NCBI GenBank assembly: GCA_043813875.1
Contig: JBDRKP010000061.1
Coordinates: forward strand, 1-26,992
Length of the DNA: 26,992 nt
Reading direction: 5' to 3'
Source of the DNA: an archaeon
GTDB taxonomy: Archaea > EX4484-52 > B79-G9
Shown here: in pieces, positions 17,547 to 26,702 of the stretch
Layout of the letters: the number at the start of each line of letters is the position of its first letter
How positions within the stretch are numbered: the stretch's first letter is position 1
The notes under the pieces: generated by a model
Databases searched by the model: none
What the model was told of the DNA's origin: nothing
What the model saw: only the letters and a program-made list of their open reading frames with translations
Translations under genes and position numbers: made by a program

Positions 17547-20090
17547 TCACAAAAGGATTGTATTTTCTTTACCAATTTTATCAATCACTTTTCTCAATAA
17601 ATAACCACGATATAACGTCTTATAATCGCCAACTAAAATGAGTTTATTTCTGGCTCGCGTTATGGCAACATTTACCAAACATTCATTTTCGATAAACTTC
17701 AATTTGTATTCTGGAAATGAATATCTCTTACTCCTTGCAAAACTCAGAATAATTATATCTTTTTCTCTACCCTGATATTTATGAACTGTATCAACTTCGA
17801 CATTATTTATTTTAATATCATTGAGATATTTTTTTATCAATAATTTTTGTTTAACATAAGGTGTAATGACACCAATATCTTCGGCATTAACTTCATTAAT
17901 AAATAATGAAACAATATCTGCAACATACATTGCTTCTTTTGAATTTGAACATCCAGAGCCAATCTCATCTTCATAATAGCCTCTTTTTGATGTATCTATA
18001 AATAAAACAGGCATCATTGGGCTCAAAAATTGATTACTACAGACATTTAAACGAAGAATTCTTTCATTAACACTTTCTGATGTCCTTAATTTTCCTTCAT
18101 AAAAGATTTCACTTGCAATCTGGGCAATAATTTCATGCATCCTATACTGAATCGTAAGCAAAGTTGCCGCATAAGGATATAGTTCAAAAAACCGATTGAA
18201 TATCGATAAATTCATCTCCTTGGATATATCTTCTTCTTCTATTGGCTGCAATTGACGATTATCACCAACTAAAATAATTTTTTTGCATTTTAAAATAGGT
18301 AAAAGAGACATAAAACTAGCCACTTGACTAGCTTCGTCCATTATCATCACATCAAAATCAATATCATCTAAAAAATAATGACATGACGAAATTGCAGTAG
18401 CTGCAATTATATCTGCATCATTTATTATTTCAGAGATTATGGCTTTTTTCAATTTTTCAACAGTTCTCTTGTGATAATCTAGAGAAGAGGATAGATTTTG
18501 ATACTCACCGGATAAATCGTTTTTATGATTAATCTGGATGAAAAGTTCGGTATTTATAGACTTTATTTTTGAATCATATAAATCAATTTTTGTCTCTAGA
18601 AATCCTTCATAAATAATATAAACCTCATTAGTTAGTTCAAAATCTTTCATTTTTATTTTTGAAGCTTCTTGTTCTTTCAAAGTTGGTAGATAATGCTCTT
18701 TTAAAACGTTATAAATCCTAAACTCAAAATTTAATGCATCTCTATCAGGAAATCCATTACCATCAGGATACATTTTATAGAACTCTCCGATACATATCTT
18801 TCTTAATTGCTTAGATCTTTTTTGAAGTACCGATATTTCGTCTAAATAATCTCTATTTTTCTTATATTTTATTTTTAATTTTTCGATCTCGACATTATCG
18901 AATTTATAGAAAAAAGATTTAATTTTTATACCTAAAATAGATATTTTCATATCTCTTGTCTGGATTTTCAGTTTTTGTATCTCTTTTTTGTCCGGTATCT
19001 TTGTTTCTAACTCATTCATTTGGAGAATATTCTTACTTAAAGTTGAACAGAATTCCGACTTCTTTGTGAGTTCAGTTATCGCATTAAATGTGGAAGATAT
19101 GTCTTGCGAATCAGTAGTAATGGTAGATTTCGAAATCAAATCGAGATATTTTTGCTTTTCGCTTAGAAGACCAATACGTTTTTTATCAAGAGTCTTTTTT
19201 TTCTCATTAAGTTTGTTTATCTCTTCTTGTGCTGAATCAATTTCATCTCTCTTTTTCGGCAGATTACAGAATATTGAATTTATTATATCCTGAAGTCGCT
19301 CTACTTCTTTCCAATCTTTATGTTTTTTCATTTTTTCAAATATTGAATATTCTTTGACTTCTGCATCAATTTCTTCAATCGGACCAATCCTTACAATCTT
19401 TTCTAATTCTCTATTCATTAATCTTTTGATAATATTATCGACTGCAAGATTTGTCCATGCCGTTATCAAAATTTTTTGATTTCTTTTTGAAAATTGCCTG
19501 ATTAATTCTTCAATAACATACGTCTTTCCTGTTCCAGGAGGACCTATTATCAAGTGAAAATCATCAGCCTCGATAGACTTTCTTACTGCATCTTTCTGAT
19601 TTTCATTAAGTCTCTTTGAAATGAAAGATACACTTTTTTTACAATATTGTGGTCTGTTCTCCCCAAGCATAAAGTCTAGTATTTTTACATTATCGGAACT
19701 AACGTTACCCTTCCTTAGGTTTTCAATAATAGGTTTTAGTCTATCTAAAATAACCGTTGTCTTGTTAATATCTATAATAACTTTCTTCTTTTCAAATTGT
19801 GAAGGATTTCTTTTAATTTCAATTTTAAGAATCAGATTATAATATTCTCTCACTATGCCTCTTATTTCAGTTCCTAATACACTATCTTCTCTAATCAAGA
19901 TTTGCGAACCAATCGATAAATCTATTTGTTTAGTAGGTCTTAATTTAACTATTAAAAGTCCTTCATTCAAATCTATTTTTTCTACAGTCCCATCTATTGT
20001 AATCTGTTTTTTCTTTTTTGCTTCAACGAATCCTTCTATTTCTGAAGCAATCTGGAAATATTTCGCACTATTTATGGAAACATCTTCCAT
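17547..20090 (-). CDS. Upf1/DNA2/NAM7-like superfamily 1 helicase with a long coiled-coil insertion
   Basis: LNENQ Q-motif, GPPGTGKT, TAWTNLAVDN, DEASQ, GDNRQLQP, QYRM, TVHKYQGRE, NVAITRAR. Long K/E/L-rich insert between motifs Ia and II. AT-rich. Confidence 0.92.
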   Translation of the reverse strand: MEDVSINSAKYFQIASEIEGFVEAKKKKQITIDGTVEKIDLNEGLLIVKLRPTKQIDLSIGSQILIREDSVLGTEIRGIVREYYNLILKIEIKRNPSQFEKKKVIIDINKTTVILDRLKPIIENLRKGNVSSDNVKILDFMLGENRPQYCKKSVSFISKRLNENQKDAVRKSIEADDFHLIIGPPGTGKTYVIEELIRQFSKRNQKILITAWTNLAVDNIIKRLMNRELEKIVRIGPIEEIDAEVKEYSIFEKMKKHKDWKEVERLQDIINSIFCNLPKKRDEIDSAQEEINKLNEKKKTLDKKRIGLLSEKQKYLDLISKSTITTDSQDISSTFNAITELTKKSEFCSTLSKNILQMNELETKIPDKKEIQKLKIQTRDMKISILGIKIKSFFYKFDNVEIEKLKIKYKKNRDYLDEISVLQKRSKQLRKICIGEFYKMYPDGNGFPDRDALNFEFRIYNVLKEHYLPTLKEQEASKIKMKDFELTNEVYIIYEGFLETKIDLYDSKIKSINTELFIQINHKNDLSGEYQNLSSSLDYHKRTVEKLKKAIISEIINDADIIAATAISSCHYFLDDIDFDVMIMDEASQVASFMSLLPILKCKKIILVGDNRQLQPIEEEDISKEMNLSIFNRFFELYPYAATLLTIQYRMHEIIAQIASEIFYEGKLRTSESVNERILRLNVCSNQFLSPMMPVLFIDTSKRGYYEDEIGSGCSNSKEAMYVADIVSLFINEVNAEDIGVITPYVKQKLLIKKYLNDIKINNVEVDTVHKYQGREKDIIILSFARSKRYSFPEYKLKFIENECLVNVAITRARNKLILVGDYKTLYRGYLLRKVIDKIGKENTILL

Positions 20091-20094
20091 GTTA

Positions 20095-20841
20095 TTACCA
20101 TTTATTTGATAAGACAGCTTCTATCGCTTGCTGAGTTAATGGTTTACTATCATTCCAAACAGCATTAAAGAACTGACGAACCTTATTTAGCATATTTTCG
20201 TCTCTTAAACATATCCCTGCCTCATAATTGACAGATAAACCCTTTTTAGTTAAATTGGCAGAGGAAATTATAGCCACCCTATTATCTATTATAAGCATTT
20301 TTGCATGCAGATCATTATTATATCGTATATCTGCACCATAGTTATCTTTCAAAACCCTAAACTTGTCTAAATCAGTTATCCCCCGATCAATATCTTCTTT
20401 TATGAGGCGAGTAATAATTTTGATTTCGATCTTATTCTTACCATTTGTTTTCTGAAAATATGAAAGTTCGTTGAGAATATGTGTTATCCATGGGGAAGAA
20501 ATCAGTATTTCTTTTTTCGCATTAGATAATTCCCTGCTAATTTCACCATAAACGGTGTTCTGCGCTTCATTAGGTGTTGTTACTATAAAAGTATACGCTC
20601 CCTTTGACCGTTCCAAATCTAATTTTAATTTTTTCTTTTCTTCCTCTAAATCTTTATTTTGCTCCATTATTTCTTTTTGTTCTATCGTAGCCAATTTCAA
20701 TATTTTGACGCTTTCTTCCAATGATTCTATTTGCTTCTCTTGTACGTCTTTTTTAATTTTAAGTTCTTCTATCAATCTTGTATCTTTTCTATATTCCTTT
20801 ATTTTTTCAGCCAATTCAATGATTTCTTTTGATACTTTCAT
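20095..20841 (-). CDS. Phospholipase D-family (single HKD, Nuc-like) nuclease with N-terminal coiled coil
   Basis: ISSPWI and LHAKMLIID...SSANLT...NYEAG. Heptad-like K/E-rich N-terminus. Ends 4 nt before the helicase start. Confidence 0.88.
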   Translation of the reverse strand: MKVSKEIIELAEKIKEYRKDTRLIEELKIKKDVQEKQIESLEESVKILKLATIEQKEIMEQNKDLEEEKKKLKLDLERSKGAYTFIVTTPNEAQNTVYGEISRELSNAKKEILISSPWITHILNELSYFQKTNGKNKIEIKIITRLIKEDIDRGITDLDKFRVLKDNYGADIRYNNDLHAKMLIIDNRVAIISSANLTKKGLSVNYEAGICLRDENMLNKVRQFFNAVWNDSKPLTQQAIEAVLSNKW

Positions 20842-21087
20842 TACTACCACAAGAGATTTAGTTTTTATTTAGTTTTTTAACCTTAAGAAATAATCGATAC
20901 CATTATATTATATCAATTGACAAAAGAACCATATCCGCATAAAATTTATTTATTTTGTGTTTATTTCCTTAAGCGACGCATTTTTAATCTCCTCCGCTAC
21001 ACTCAATCGCATTTAAATGATATTGGTTAATGTTACTTAAGAAAGAATTTTATCATTCCACCTGCGGACCAGTCCAAATCGCTTTTA

Positions 21088-21137
21088 AGGGACTTAATAA
21101 AATCCCAGAGGTTATGCTTATAACTGAGACAACCTCT
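21088..21137 (-). terminator. Two tandem hairpins downstream of the bactofilin-like gene
   Basis: Minus strand GAGGUUGU...AUAACCUC followed by GGGAUUU...AAGUCCC, at the edge of the AT-rich insert. Confidence 0.3.
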
Positions 21138-21168
21138 TTTTCTTGATTCTTCATATTAGGATATCCGC

Positions 21169-22326
21169 CTAAATGAGTTTCTTCTTGCGAAAATTCACAT
21201 ACATCTCCTTCCCGGCAAGAAGAATCGCCCCAAAACCGAAGACGACAACAAGCAACGCAACAAAACCCCCGACACCGGGCACAAGACCGACCAGCTCAAA
21301 CACCAAAAGCCCGAGGGCAAGCATAAGCACAAGCGAATCGCTCTTGCTGCCGCCCATCCTCAAAAGATACTTGCCGAAAAAGACGCTCACATATATCTTG
21401 GATACGTATATCATGACAAGATACAAGACAAGTGAAATCAACGCAAGCGGCAGCCCGATGATGCTGATCATCAACAGTATGGCAAAAAACGGCACCACAA
21501 TCAGCCCCACAATACCCCAAAGTCCCGAAGATAAAGCAGAGCCCCTCAAAGTATTACAGACAGTACGTGTATGTATCGGGAACAGCCGGACAAGGATAAA
21601 TCCCACAATGAATATGGAAAGAAATCCGGCAACACTATCATTGAACCTCTGAAAATCTGTTTTCACACGCGTTGCAGGCGGCAGAGTCTTATTCACACTT
21701 CCGGATACAGAAGAGCCCTCATCAATGACAATATCATTTAGAGACACATAATTCACATCGCCTCCGACACGCGCAGTCGGCATTATGCGGGGAGCCGCCT
21801 GATTATCCCCCGTATCGATAGACACATTCCCGGCGATATTGCCGCCGATCACAACATTAGAAGCGCGCACATCAAGATTCCGCCCAATATGACCCATGAC
21901 ATCGGCAGCGCCCGTAGCCAAAAACGCATCCCGTCCGACAGAGCCCTCATCACCCATCTTGAAAGAACCCGAAGCGCTCATTAGATTATCCGATACATCA
22001 CCCGTGATATCAATACTCCCCGATGCAAGGATGGCATCATCCATGACACGTCCCTTGATATCAACACTGCCTCCCGCAATTATGACATCACCTTCCACAT
22101 CCCCGTTCACAAAAATATTGCCTCCGGCAGCGATAAGATCACCCTTGATCCTGCCGTCTATAGTGATATCAGAAGCCATGACAATAAGATCGTCATCTAT
22201 GACCTCGCCCTTAAGAAGGACGAACTTGTCGCCGCCCCTTACCTCAAGCGCAAGAGCCGTCGGCGCGACAAAAAGCATCACTAACAAAACAGCCATCGAA
22301 TAACCAAACAACCTATTTACATCCAT
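21169..22326 (-). CDS. Membrane protein with polymer-forming (bactofilin-like) beta-helix repeats
   Basis: Signal-peptide-like N-terminus (…PTALA), repeated GxVxGD units, several C-terminal TM helices. Start moved to ATG 22326 with GAGGTG SD. Confidence 0.8.
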   Translation of the reverse strand: MDVNRLFGYSMAVLLVMLFVAPTALALEVRGGDKFVLLKGEVIDDDLIVMASDITIDGRIKGDLIAAGGNIFVNGDVEGDVIIAGGSVDIKGRVMDDAILASGSIDITGDVSDNLMSASGSFKMGDEGSVGRDAFLATGAADVMGHIGRNLDVRASNVVIGGNIAGNVSIDTGDNQAAPRIMPTARVGGDVNYVSLNDIVIDEGSSVSGSVNKTLPPATRVKTDFQRFNDSVAGFLSIFIVGFILVRLFPIHTRTVCNTLRGSALSSGLWGIVGLIVVPFFAILLMISIIGLPLALISLVLYLVMIYVSKIYVSVFFGKYLLRMGGSKSDSLVLMLALGLLVFELVGLVPGVGGFVALLVVVFGFGAILLAGKEMYVNFRKKKLI

Positions 22327-22433
22327 CAAAACCACCTCGAACATCCGAACGCATTTATCTCCCCAGACATAATCTATATGCACCCCGAGAAATAAAAATA
22401 TATCCTATACCCTATACACACGGTTCCTATACA

Positions 22434-23063
22434 TCAGAAATTAAGAAACCGTATGGCCCGGTCGACATCCTTCGAATCGATGACAATCAGCGTATCATCA
22501 TAGCAGCTCATGAACTCAAGGATATTGATCTCATTATCAAAAAACAGGCCGGAAATATAATAAACAGCTCCGGGCGTCCTCTCGATACCCGGGCTCGTGA
22601 TAGTTACGAGCGACAGGTTCTCCTCCTTGCTGACAATATACTTCTTGAAATCCGCATCAATCAGGCTCTCGCTCTGCTTCTGGACAATCAGCGTGATAGT
22701 CTTTGCCCCCTCGATCGAAAAAAACAGCGCCTTCGCCTTCTTTATCTTCTTCTCGATATCGATAAGAGAATCAGGATACACATACTTCTCAAGAGTGAAG
22801 ATGACGACATTGTTCTTGATCTCGATATTGCTGTTCTTGAAAAGAGAAAGAATCTTATCCTCTATGGGCTTGTGCTTTATCTTATCCTTAAACCTTCGCG
22901 CAGCAACAAGAATGGCCTCATTTGACATCTTATTCCCAAGCTCATACTCCTTTGCGATCAGCCTCGAAAGAGCAGAATAATTGATCAGTCCCTTCCTCAG
23001 GCAATCCTTGATAGACGCATGCTCGCGGATATACTTCTCAGTCAACTCAGTAGTCGTTGCCAT
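22434..23063 (-). CDS. Archaeal ACT-domain protein with N-terminal helical/HTH-like region
   Basis: DCLRKGLINYSALSRLI N-terminus and C-terminal ACT-like TPGAVYYISGLFFDNEINILEFMSCY. TATA at about 23087-23093 implies a leaderless start. Confidence 0.75.
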   Translation of the reverse strand: MATTTELTEKYIREHASIKDCLRKGLINYSALSRLIAKEYELGNKMSNEAILVAARRFKDKIKHKPIEDKILSLFKNSNIEIKNNVVIFTLEKYVYPDSLIDIEKKIKKAKALFFSIEGAKTITLIVQKQSESLIDADFKKYIVSKEENLSLVTITSPGIERTPGAVYYISGLFFDNEINILEFMSCYDDTLIVIDSKDVDRAIRFLNF

Positions 23064-23108
23064 ATAAGATATTCATCAGCAAGACATATAAATCTAACCC
23101 CTATGTTC

Positions 23109-23143
23109 GAAATGAGACAAAAAACAGGAAATTGTCGCATTTC
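23109..23143. promoter_or_regulatory. Inverted repeat between divergent promoters (putative operator)
   Basis: GAAATGAGACAA N11 TTGTCGCATTTC (11 of 12 bases complementary). Confidence 0.45.
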
Positions 23144-23176
23144 AGTCATCAGAGATATAAACCAGCCAAAGAAATA

Positions 23177-23730
23177 ATGGAAAATAAAAAATAACAGAAG
23201 ATGAAGAAAAAGCAATAAACAAAAATCAGGCGATACCCATTTCAACAACAAAATACGAAATACTTCAGACAACAGACTATAGCGACCCACTTTTTCGAAA
23301 AAATATAGCAGAACTCCTTGAAGAGAGCTTCGAAAAAGAACTCATAGAAGACTACTTCCAAAAAGAAGGCATCACAGAAATATACTACGAAAAAAATTAT
23401 GATGGCGCAGCAATAATACAACAAATAGGCAACACCCTATACCTAGACAAGCTGGCAGTCCACTCGTCATTGAAAAATAACGGCCTTGGAAGCTGCCTAT
23501 GGAAAGAAATCACCATCGAATACGACCAACTGATATTACGCGCATCAAAAGACAACAACGCAGCAAACAAATTCTACAAAGAAAGATGCGAACTCGTAGC
23601 AGAAACAGAAGACTGGAACATATACTCATACAGCAAGCATGACAATAAACTGCCAGATGAATTAATAATAAATGCCGTAGCAAAAAAAAGACCGACAATG
23701 ATAAAACGCAAAGATTCCAAAGCAATATAA
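23177..23730 (+). pseudogene. Stand-alone NAT (DUF619 / N-acetylglutamate synthase-type GNAT) domain gene, frameshifted at its start
   Basis: Open frame 23188-23730 (180 codons) has LLEESFEKEL..DYF, YDGAAI, YLDKLAV...NGLG..LW, LILRA...NKFY but no ATG/GTG/TTG before 23470. ATG 23177 reads MENKK-stop, and one extra A in the A6 run would fuse the two frames. Confidence 0.65.
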
Positions 23731-23749
23731 AAAATGAAAAACAAACATC

Positions 23750-24730
23750 CTAAGAAAAAACAACGACGACCTTAAGCGACTCCTTGGCCGCCGAAGCGAC
23801 ATCAAACCCTTTCTGGATATCATCAAGCTTGACCCTGTCAGTGATCATGCTTAAGACATCCACCTTCTTCTTCCTGATTAGCTCAAGCGCCTCCAAAAGA
23901 TCATCAGGCGCCGCCCCATAACTTGACACAAGCGACAATTCATTCCTCCAGAAATCCGCATTAGGGATACTTATCTTCTCTGAGGGGATAGCAAAAAGCA
24001 TGATGACCCCCTTCCTGTCAGCATACCTGAAAGCGTTGTCAAATGCCTGCTTAGCGCCAGTACACATAACAATCCTGTCCGCCTTGACACCAATCTCCTT
24101 TCGGGCATCAGCCGCGACATCAGCCCCATACTCATTGGCCTTAGAAAGCCGATAAGCATTTACATCAGTAGCGACAACCCTCGCACCCCGAAGTTTCGCA
24201 ACAACTATATTAAGAAGCCCGGAAATCCCGCATCCCATCACAAGGACTGTATGCCCTTTGCCGACATCCATGATCCTCTGCGCCCGCACGACACATGCGA
24301 GCGGCTCAATCATCGTCGCCTCATCATACGATACATTTGAAGGCAGAACATAAGTCCCATAAAGGACATTGATAGCAGGCACCCTCACAAACTCTGAAAA
24401 ACCCCCAGGATCATAATTGCCGTTATGCAACGTCTCGCAGGCAGTATGATTGCCAGCCAGGCAATACTTGCAGTCATTGCAAGGCACATGATGGCTCACA
24501 AAAACCCTCTCACCCGTCGAAAACTTATCGGACTTCGACTCGACAATATCCCCTGCCATCTCATGCCCAAGCACACGCGGCGCCTTCTTTATCCTGTACC
24601 ACTCCATCACATCAGTACCACAGATGCCACAAGCCCTGACCTTGACAAGAATCTCACCGTCCCTGATTTGAGGCTTCGGCCTCTCAGCTATCCTGACATC
24701 TTTATTATTATAATAGACAGCGACCTTCAT
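23750..24730 (-). CDS. Zn-dependent medium-chain alcohol dehydrogenase (sorbitol/threonine dehydrogenase-like)
   Basis: CGICGTD, GHE, structural Zn CNDCKYC-x7-C, IEPLAC, GCGISG. Confidence 0.9.
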   Translation of the reverse strand: MKVAVYYNNKDVRIAERPKPQIRDGEILVKVRACGICGTDVMEWYRIKKAPRVLGHEMAGDIVESKSDKFSTGERVFVSHHVPCNDCKYCLAGNHTACETLHNGNYDPGGFSEFVRVPAINVLYGTYVLPSNVSYDEATMIEPLACVVRAQRIMDVGKGHTVLVMGCGISGLLNIVVAKLRGARVVATDVNAYRLSKANEYGADVAADARKEIGVKADRIVMCTGAKQAFDNAFRYADRKGVIMLFAIPSEKISIPNADFWRNELSLVSSYGAAPDDLLEALELIRKKKVDVLSMITDRVKLDDIQKGFDVASAAKESLKVVVVFS

Positions 24731-24744
24731 CAAAGAAAACCTGC

Positions 24745-25539
24745 TCACTTCTTCTTCTCCTTCTCATAGATAGAATAAGCATCCTTCACAGCCTTGCCGT
24801 CATGTACAATCGCCCGGACAGCCTTGATCATACCGACAGGACTATCGCTCTGGAATATGTTACGCCCCATATCGACCCCGGCCGCGCCATCAGATACCGC
24901 ATTGAAAGCCATCTGCAAAGCATCCAACTCCTGCTGCTTCTTGCCACCGGCTATGACGACAGGCACATTTCCGCACGCTTCGACAACCGATTTGAAATTC
25001 TCAGTATAATACGTCTTCACTATATGCGCCCCAATCTCGACACAGATCCTCGACGCAAGCCCAAGATACCTCTCATCGCGCGCCATATCCTTCCCCACAG
25101 CCGTCACAGCAAGCACAGGAATCCCGTAATCCTGACCCATATCCACAAGAGCCGAGAGATTCCCGATAGTCTCATTCTCATACTCCCCGCCCACATACAC
25201 AGAACAGGTGATAGCAGAAGCATTTATCCTGATGGCATCCTCGATGCAGGTAGTTATGATCTCATTGGACAACTCCTTTAAGATACTCTGTCCGCCTGAG
25301 ACGCGAAGGATGATCGGCACATCCGCATCCGGGCTGATCCAGTTCCTAAGAGCCCCTCTCGTGATCATCAGCGCATCAGCATAAGGCAGCAGAGGATTCA
25401 CTGTCCTTGAAAGATCCCTCAGCCCCGTAGTCGACCCCTGGAAATAGCCATGATCCACCGCAAGCATCACGCAGCGATTCGTCCTCGGCTTGATTATACG
25501 CGACAACCTGTTTCTCATACCCCAATCCATGCAACTCAT
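24745..25539 (-). CDS. lsrF: LsrF-like class I aldolase / 3-hydroxy-5-phosphonooxypentane-2,4-dione thiolase
   Basis: MDWGMRNRLSRI, LAVDHGYFQG, AVTAVGKDMARD, VKTYY (Schiff-base Lys), VIAGGKK, GVDMGRNIFQS. GGAGG SD before ATG 25539. Confidence 0.85.
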   Translation of the reverse strand: MSCMDWGMRNRLSRIIKPRTNRCVMLAVDHGYFQGSTTGLRDLSRTVNPLLPYADALMITRGALRNWISPDADVPIILRVSGGQSILKELSNEIITTCIEDAIRINASAITCSVYVGGEYENETIGNLSALVDMGQDYGIPVLAVTAVGKDMARDERYLGLASRICVEIGAHIVKTYYTENFKSVVEACGNVPVVIAGGKKQQELDALQMAFNAVSDGAAGVDMGRNIFQSDSPVGMIKAVRAIVHDGKAVKDAYSIYEKEKKK

Positions 25540-25557
25540 AACAACAACCTCCAAATA

Positions 25558-25770
25558 CTATTTCTCTGGTCTTACCAGCAGATATCCCTTATCGATCAGC
25601 CAGTGATGGAATTCATAAGTAGTATGCATGCACTTCCTCTTGCATATCTCCCGAAGCTCATTATAATCCTCTGACCCGTCTTCTTTTTTGTCCATGATGA
25701 TCTGTACGGGGCAATTGACATCATTGCAGAATTCCCTTTTCTTATAACCCACATATCCTTCAAACGGCAT
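25558..25770 (-). CDS. Small Cys/His-rich hypothetical protein (possible metal binding)
   Basis: C-x4-C ... C-x3-C-x-H ... FHHWL. First gene of an apparent operon with lsrF. TATA-like TTTATATA upstream. Confidence 0.7.
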   Translation of the reverse strand: MPFEGYVGYKKREFCNDVNCPVQIIMDKKEDGSEDYNELREICKRKCMHTTYEFHHWLIDKGYLLVRPEK

Positions 25771-25824
25771 AATTAAATAACAGGTTCGAGATATATAAAA
25801 CTTGCGCCCGCAAAAGAAAATAAA

Positions 25825-26418
25825 TCAACATTTCACAATCCTGCTCTTCTGGAACTTCAGGGCATCATTCAGGTACTCGATATCCCTCATTTTCATCCTC
25901 TTATACAGATGATCAAAAACTTCCTTCGTCGCAAGCACATCCCCCATCGCCCTGTGCGCCTGCACATTATCCACATGAAAATGATTGCAGACAGATTGAA
26001 GGCGATAAGAAGACAAATAGGGCACAATCCTCCTTGACAACTTGCACGTGCACAACGCATCATTGAAAAGCCCCTCAATACCGCACTGCCTGAAATTATG
26101 GTCCAGGAAATTATAATCAAACGTAGTATTATGCGCAACAATCACATTATCACCGATAAACTCCTTGATGCGAAAAGAGACCTCAGCAAAAACCGGTGCA
26201 TCCTTAACCATCTCATTGGTAATGCCCGTAAACCGCGTAATGAAACCAGGAATCCTCCGTTCAGGATTGATAAGAGTGGAGAACTCATCAATTGCACGAT
26301 AGGCACCTAAATCAACATCCCACTTCACCTTTACACCGGAAAATTCAGTGACTTTGTCCCTAAAGCGCGAAAGCCCTGTAGTCTCAATATCAAGAATCAC
26401 AAAAGAAGATTTTTCCAT
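25825..26418 (-). CDS. DEDDh 3'-5' exonuclease (DnaQ / PolC-type epsilon-like)
   Basis: ExoI LDIETTG, ExoII VAHNTTFD, ExoIII HRAMGD. Confidence 0.92.
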   Translation of the reverse strand: MEKSSFVILDIETTGLSRFRDKVTEFSGVKVKWDVDLGAYRAIDEFSTLINPERRIPGFITRFTGITNEMVKDAPVFAEVSFRIKEFIGDNVIVAHNTTFDYNFLDHNFRQCGIEGLFNDALCTCKLSRRIVPYLSSYRLQSVCNHFHVDNVQAHRAMGDVLATKEVFDHLYKRMKMRDIEYLNDALKFQKSRIVKC

Positions 26419-26660
26419 ACAAAATATAAGAGCTATTTATTAATAAACATAACCTTCGAACAGGATCATCAGGCTTCCAGTCCTGGCAGAAAAAAGCAGT
26501 ATACAAAAGTCGAACAAGAAAATCAATCAATAAGAAAAAAGAGTATCCTAAAAAAATACATCGCAAAAGAAAGACAACAAAAGACCGCCCCAACCCAATT
26601 CAACTCAGGAAGGGGCAAAAAACAAACCAACTGGATATTGATTGATGAAATCAATTTCAC

Positions 26661-26702
26661 TTATTTTTTCTTACCCTTTGCTGCTGCTTTTTTAGCTGCC
26701 AT
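26661..26702 (-). CDS. Putative 13-aa Lys/Ala-rich micropeptide MAAKKAAAKGKKK
   Basis: AGGTGA (26708-26713) lies 5 nt before ATG, as for rps2. TATA-like TTTAATTA upstream and T-rich tracts downstream. Confidence 0.55.
   Translation of the reverse strand: MAAKKAAAKGKKK

Noticed and set aside
20917..20945. Bacterial sigma70-like promoter TTGACA-N17-TAAAAT on the plus strand
   Set aside because: It points away from the PLD-helicase genes toward no ORF. It is plausible by chance in AT-rich DNA and would not be read by archaeal RNA polymerase.
26661..26702. Micro-ORF as ribosomal protein eL41/eS32
   Set aside because: eL41 is about 25 aa, Arg-rich and contains Trp. This peptide has neither Arg nor Trp.
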